Positions 10,836 to 13,279 of a DNA stretch of 13,279 bases are shown here, piece after piece (positions within the stretch are counted from its first letter, which is position 1; each line of letters starts with the position of its first letter). Made by a program: the position numbers and the translations under genes. Location of the stretch: the NCBI GenBank assembly GCA_963782915.1, contig CAWALK010000006.1, positions 1-13,279 on the forward strand, read 5' to 3'. The DNA comes from an uncultured archaeon (lineage in GTDB: Archaea; Thermoproteota; Bathyarchaeia; Bathyarchaeales; Bathycorpusculaceae). Under the pieces are notes generated by a model. The model did not search any database and had not been told where the DNA came from. It was given only the letters and a program-made list of their open reading frames with translations.

Positions 10836-11244
10836 CTGGGGAAAATAAGGGTTTTGTGCTGTGTAGATTCAGTGATTGGTTGCTTAGGTTTTTGCGGGTT
10901 GCTTTTTTTCTATATTGGTTGTTGCTGTGGACTCCTCTTATTTCAACAACTACCAGCAGGGCTTTGCTTTGGCGTCGGGTTTGCTGTTGGGTTGTGGGAT
11001 GGGTTGCAGGCTGGTTGCGGAGTATGTACAAGCTGCAATAACCAAGCTAACCTAAAAGAAACATTGAACGCCCATAACTTGTCCAACTTAAGACCTGTAG
11101 CTTAAAAAAATAGAGCACTCAAGCGGGATACTTATTCGAGATAACGCAAACACCACTGAGTTAGAATGGTGCGGGATAGAATTAGTACAACATGCTTTTA
11201 TTTTTTAAAACCAATCTATAATTAGGCTTGTTTTAGGTGTTTTA

Positions 11245-13188
11245 GTGGCTAAAAGGCAAAGACTCACACAAAACGTCGGCTTGATTATAGTTGTTGCTTT
11301 CATAGTCATAACTCTTTTTCTTGTCATTTATGGCAGCAGCCTGCAGTTCGCCTTTAACCCGCCATACCTCAGGCTGATTCTAAACGCTATCTTCATTTCC
11401 TCAACCAACATTTTCGTAGCCATTGTTTCTGTCAGCAGTTTTCTACGTCATGGACAAATTAGTTTTGCCCTGCTAAGCGGCGCTCTTGTAACCAGCGGCT
11501 TAGCCGCGTTTATATCGGGTGGAGTTTCAGGCATTCCAACGGACGCCACCTTCACCGTTTTTAATGTTGGCTTCTTGCTTTCCTCTATTATGCAGGCTTT
11601 TGGGGCAGTTTACCTTTCGGCAGCATCTCCCGCATCTAAAGTGTATTCAAACAGAAGAATCATAATCGCGCTGATTCTGTTGTTGCCGATTATTGTTCTC
11701 TCAGTGTTAACGGCATTATCGGTTTGGGGTTTAACCCCTGCATTTATTGATCCAACGGGCGCTACCACTGACTTGCGGCAGTTTACGATAGCTTTGACTT
11801 TTCTCTTTTTTGTTTTTGCCAGTTCCATTTTTGCCTACCAGTATTTTCAGACTAAAGCACGTGCACTCTACTGGTACTCTTTAGCATTAGCTCTCTTTGC
11901 ACTAGACGCTATCGTTGCTTACAATTCAGCCCAATTAGGCGACGCATTGCAGTGGATTGGACGAATCGCCGACTACATGGGAGGTGTATTTTTCATTATC
12001 GCTTTTCTCTCGCTCAGACAACAAACCTTCGTCGGCGCTGATTACTCAGAAAGATGGTTTGAAACATTCAGTAACAACCGCGTTCAGCTTGCCTCACTCT
12101 TTGCCAGCATGTTAAGCGGGTTTGCGTATCTTAGAGTTATTCCCCGCAAAGGAGGCGGCACAGAGGATGCAGTGGTCTTGGAGGTTAACGACGCCTTTGA
12201 AAAAAACACAGGGCTCAAAAGAGAAACCGTGGTTGGGCACCGCTTATCTGTGGTGATTCCAGGGATTGAAGCTGACCCCGCCGCTTGGATAGATTTCTTT
12301 GGAACGATAGCTTTCCAGCGCAAACCAGCTAAAACCGAGAACTACCTGAAGGGGCTGAATAGGTGGCTAAGAGTCTCTGCGTACAGCCCTGAAACAGGCT
12401 ATGTCGCTGTATTGATTGATGACATAACGCCGCAGAGAGAACTGCAGAAGCAGCTTGAGGATTACACAAGAAACCTCGAAAAAATCGTTGAGGAACGCAC
12501 CGCACAACTGAGAGCGTCGGAACGTTTGGCGGGTATAGGTCAAACCGCCGGCATGGTTGGCCATGATATACGTAACCCCTTACAGGCAATCACGGGTGAC
12601 CTTTACTTAATTGAGCAGGAAGTTCAAGAAAACCCAAACTGCATCAGCAAAGAAATCGCTGAAAGCATCGCCGCCATAAATGAAAACATCGCCTACATTA
12701 ACAAAATTGTAAGCGACCTCCAAGACTACACCAGAAATCTAAAACCTACAAAATCAATGGTGAACCTCAACGAAGTCATAGACAGCGCTTTAACAGGTCG
12801 AACAATCCCTCAAAGCATATCTGTTGAAACGCCAAAAACTGATTTAAAAATTAATACTGACCCCACTTTTCTGAGACGCATCATAACTAACTTGGTAACA
12901 AACGCGATTCAAGCGATGCCTAATGGAGGCAAACTAATAATTGACGCATACACGGAAGGGAATGCCGTCTATATCTTTATTCAAGATACCGGTGTCGGAA
13001 TATCGGAAAAGGCTAAGCCGAACTTGTTTAAGCCCCTGTTTACGACTAAAGCGAAGGGGCAAGGTTTGGGGTTAGCGGTAGTTAAGCGGTTAATTGAGAT
13101 GTTAAACGGTGAAATAACTTTTGAGAGCCAAGAGGGAGTGGGAACAAAATTTATCATTAAGCTGCCGCTTGATTTGCAAAACCCATAG
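11245..13188 (+). CDS. Membrane-bound PAS-domain sensor histidine kinase
   Basis: About 7-8 N-terminal TM segments (MASE-like, inferred), PAS (LEVNDAFEKNTGLKRETVVG), coiled coil, H-box GHDIRNPLQAI, N-box NLVTNAIQAM, G1 DTGVGI, F-box FKPLFTTK and G2 GQGLGL. Confidence 0.93.
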   Translation: MAKRQRLTQNVGLIIVVAFIVITLFLVIYGSSLQFAFNPPYLRLILNAIFISSTNIFVAIVSVSSFLRHGQISFALLSGALVTSGLAAFISGGVSGIPTDATFTVFNVGFLLSSIMQAFGAVYLSAASPASKVYSNRRIIIALILLLPIIVLSVLTALSVWGLTPAFIDPTGATTDLRQFTIALTFLFFVFASSIFAYQYFQTKARALYWYSLALALFALDAIVAYNSAQLGDALQWIGRIADYMGGVFFIIAFLSLRQQTFVGADYSERWFETFSNNRVQLASLFASMLSGFAYLRVIPRKGGGTEDAVVLEVNDAFEKNTGLKRETVVGHRLSVVIPGIEADPAAWIDFFGTIAFQRKPAKTENYLKGLNRWLRVSAYSPETGYVAVLIDDITPQRELQKQLEDYTRNLEKIVEERTAQLRASERLAGIGQTAGMVGHDIRNPLQAITGDLYLIEQEVQENPNCISKEIAESIAAINENIAYINKIVSDLQDYTRNLKPTKSMVNLNEVIDSALTGRTIPQSISVETPKTDLKINTDPTFLRRIITNLVTNAIQAMPNGGKLIIDAYTEGNAVYIFIQDTGVGISEKAKPNLFKPLFTTKAKGQGLGLAVVKRLIEMLNGEITFESQEGVGTKFIIKLPLDLQNP

Positions 13189-13209
13189 AAAATCAGTTGG
13201 CTGTAATTG

Positions 13210-13279
13210 TGGCGAGGATGTGGGAATTGAACCCACGCGGCGCCACTCGACCATAAACTTAGCACGTCTTATGTAGCTG
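13210..13279 (-). tRNA. 3' portion of a tRNA or tRNA-like element, isotype unresolved (5' end outside window)
   Basis: Minus strand reads CAGCTACATAAGACGTGCTAAGTTTATGGTCGAGTGGCGCCGC-GTGGG-TTCAATT-CCCAC-ATCCTCGCCA. It has a perfect 5-bp T-stem with a TTC loop and ends in CCA. The other arms are non-canonical. Confidence 0.5.

Noticed and set aside
10854-11105. 83-aa Cys/Gly-rich ORF and overlapping ORFs 10856-11041 and 10819-11031
   Set aside because: The Cys/Gly/Leu/Phe content is explained by the G/T-skewed intergenic composition. There is no ordered metal-binding pattern or clear start signal, unlike the ORF at 2416-2553.
11167-11177. TGGTGCGGGAT (minus strand ATCCCGCACCA) as a duplicated tRNA 3' end or att site
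   Set aside because: It is only 11 nt, is not identical to the element at 13210, and has no adjacent T-arm. No integrase is in the window.
12981-13265. 94-aa minus-strand ORF
   Set aside because: It is antisense to the kinase ATPase domain and overlaps the tRNA-like element.
13255-13270. Reading the tRNA-like element as tRNA-Pyl (CTA) or tRNA-Sec
   Set aside because: CTA is not centred in the 7-nt loop, and the long variable region and canonical TTC loop are unlike tRNA-Pyl. There is no TCA anticodon for Sec.

Overview
Archaeal genomic window, most likely TACK or Bathyarchaeia-like. That assignment is an inference from BRE/TATA promoters, frequent TTG starts, a Sulfolobus/thaumarchaeal-type two-subunit OFOR and the style of the PAS-histidine kinase. 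Left to right it holds: the 3' end of a CbbQ/NirQ/NorQ (MoxR) AAA+ ATPase and its VWA partner; an unannotated 45-aa, 8-Cys mini-protein ending in GGG that appears to lead a 2-oxoacid:ferredoxin oxidoreductase alpha/beta operon, whose beta subunit lacks one of four canonical [4Fe-4S] Cys ligands; a cupin; an nrdR-nrdD-nrdG operon with an NrdR-box-like site abutting an archaeal TATA box; a DHA1-type MFS transporter; an orphan membrane PAS histidine kinase; and, at the right edge, the 3' part of a non-canonical tRNA-like element. The best candidate for an undescribed system is the Cys-rich mini-protein plus the Cys-deficient OFOR, possibly with the upstream MoxR/VWA pair. No mobile element or CRISPR array was seen.
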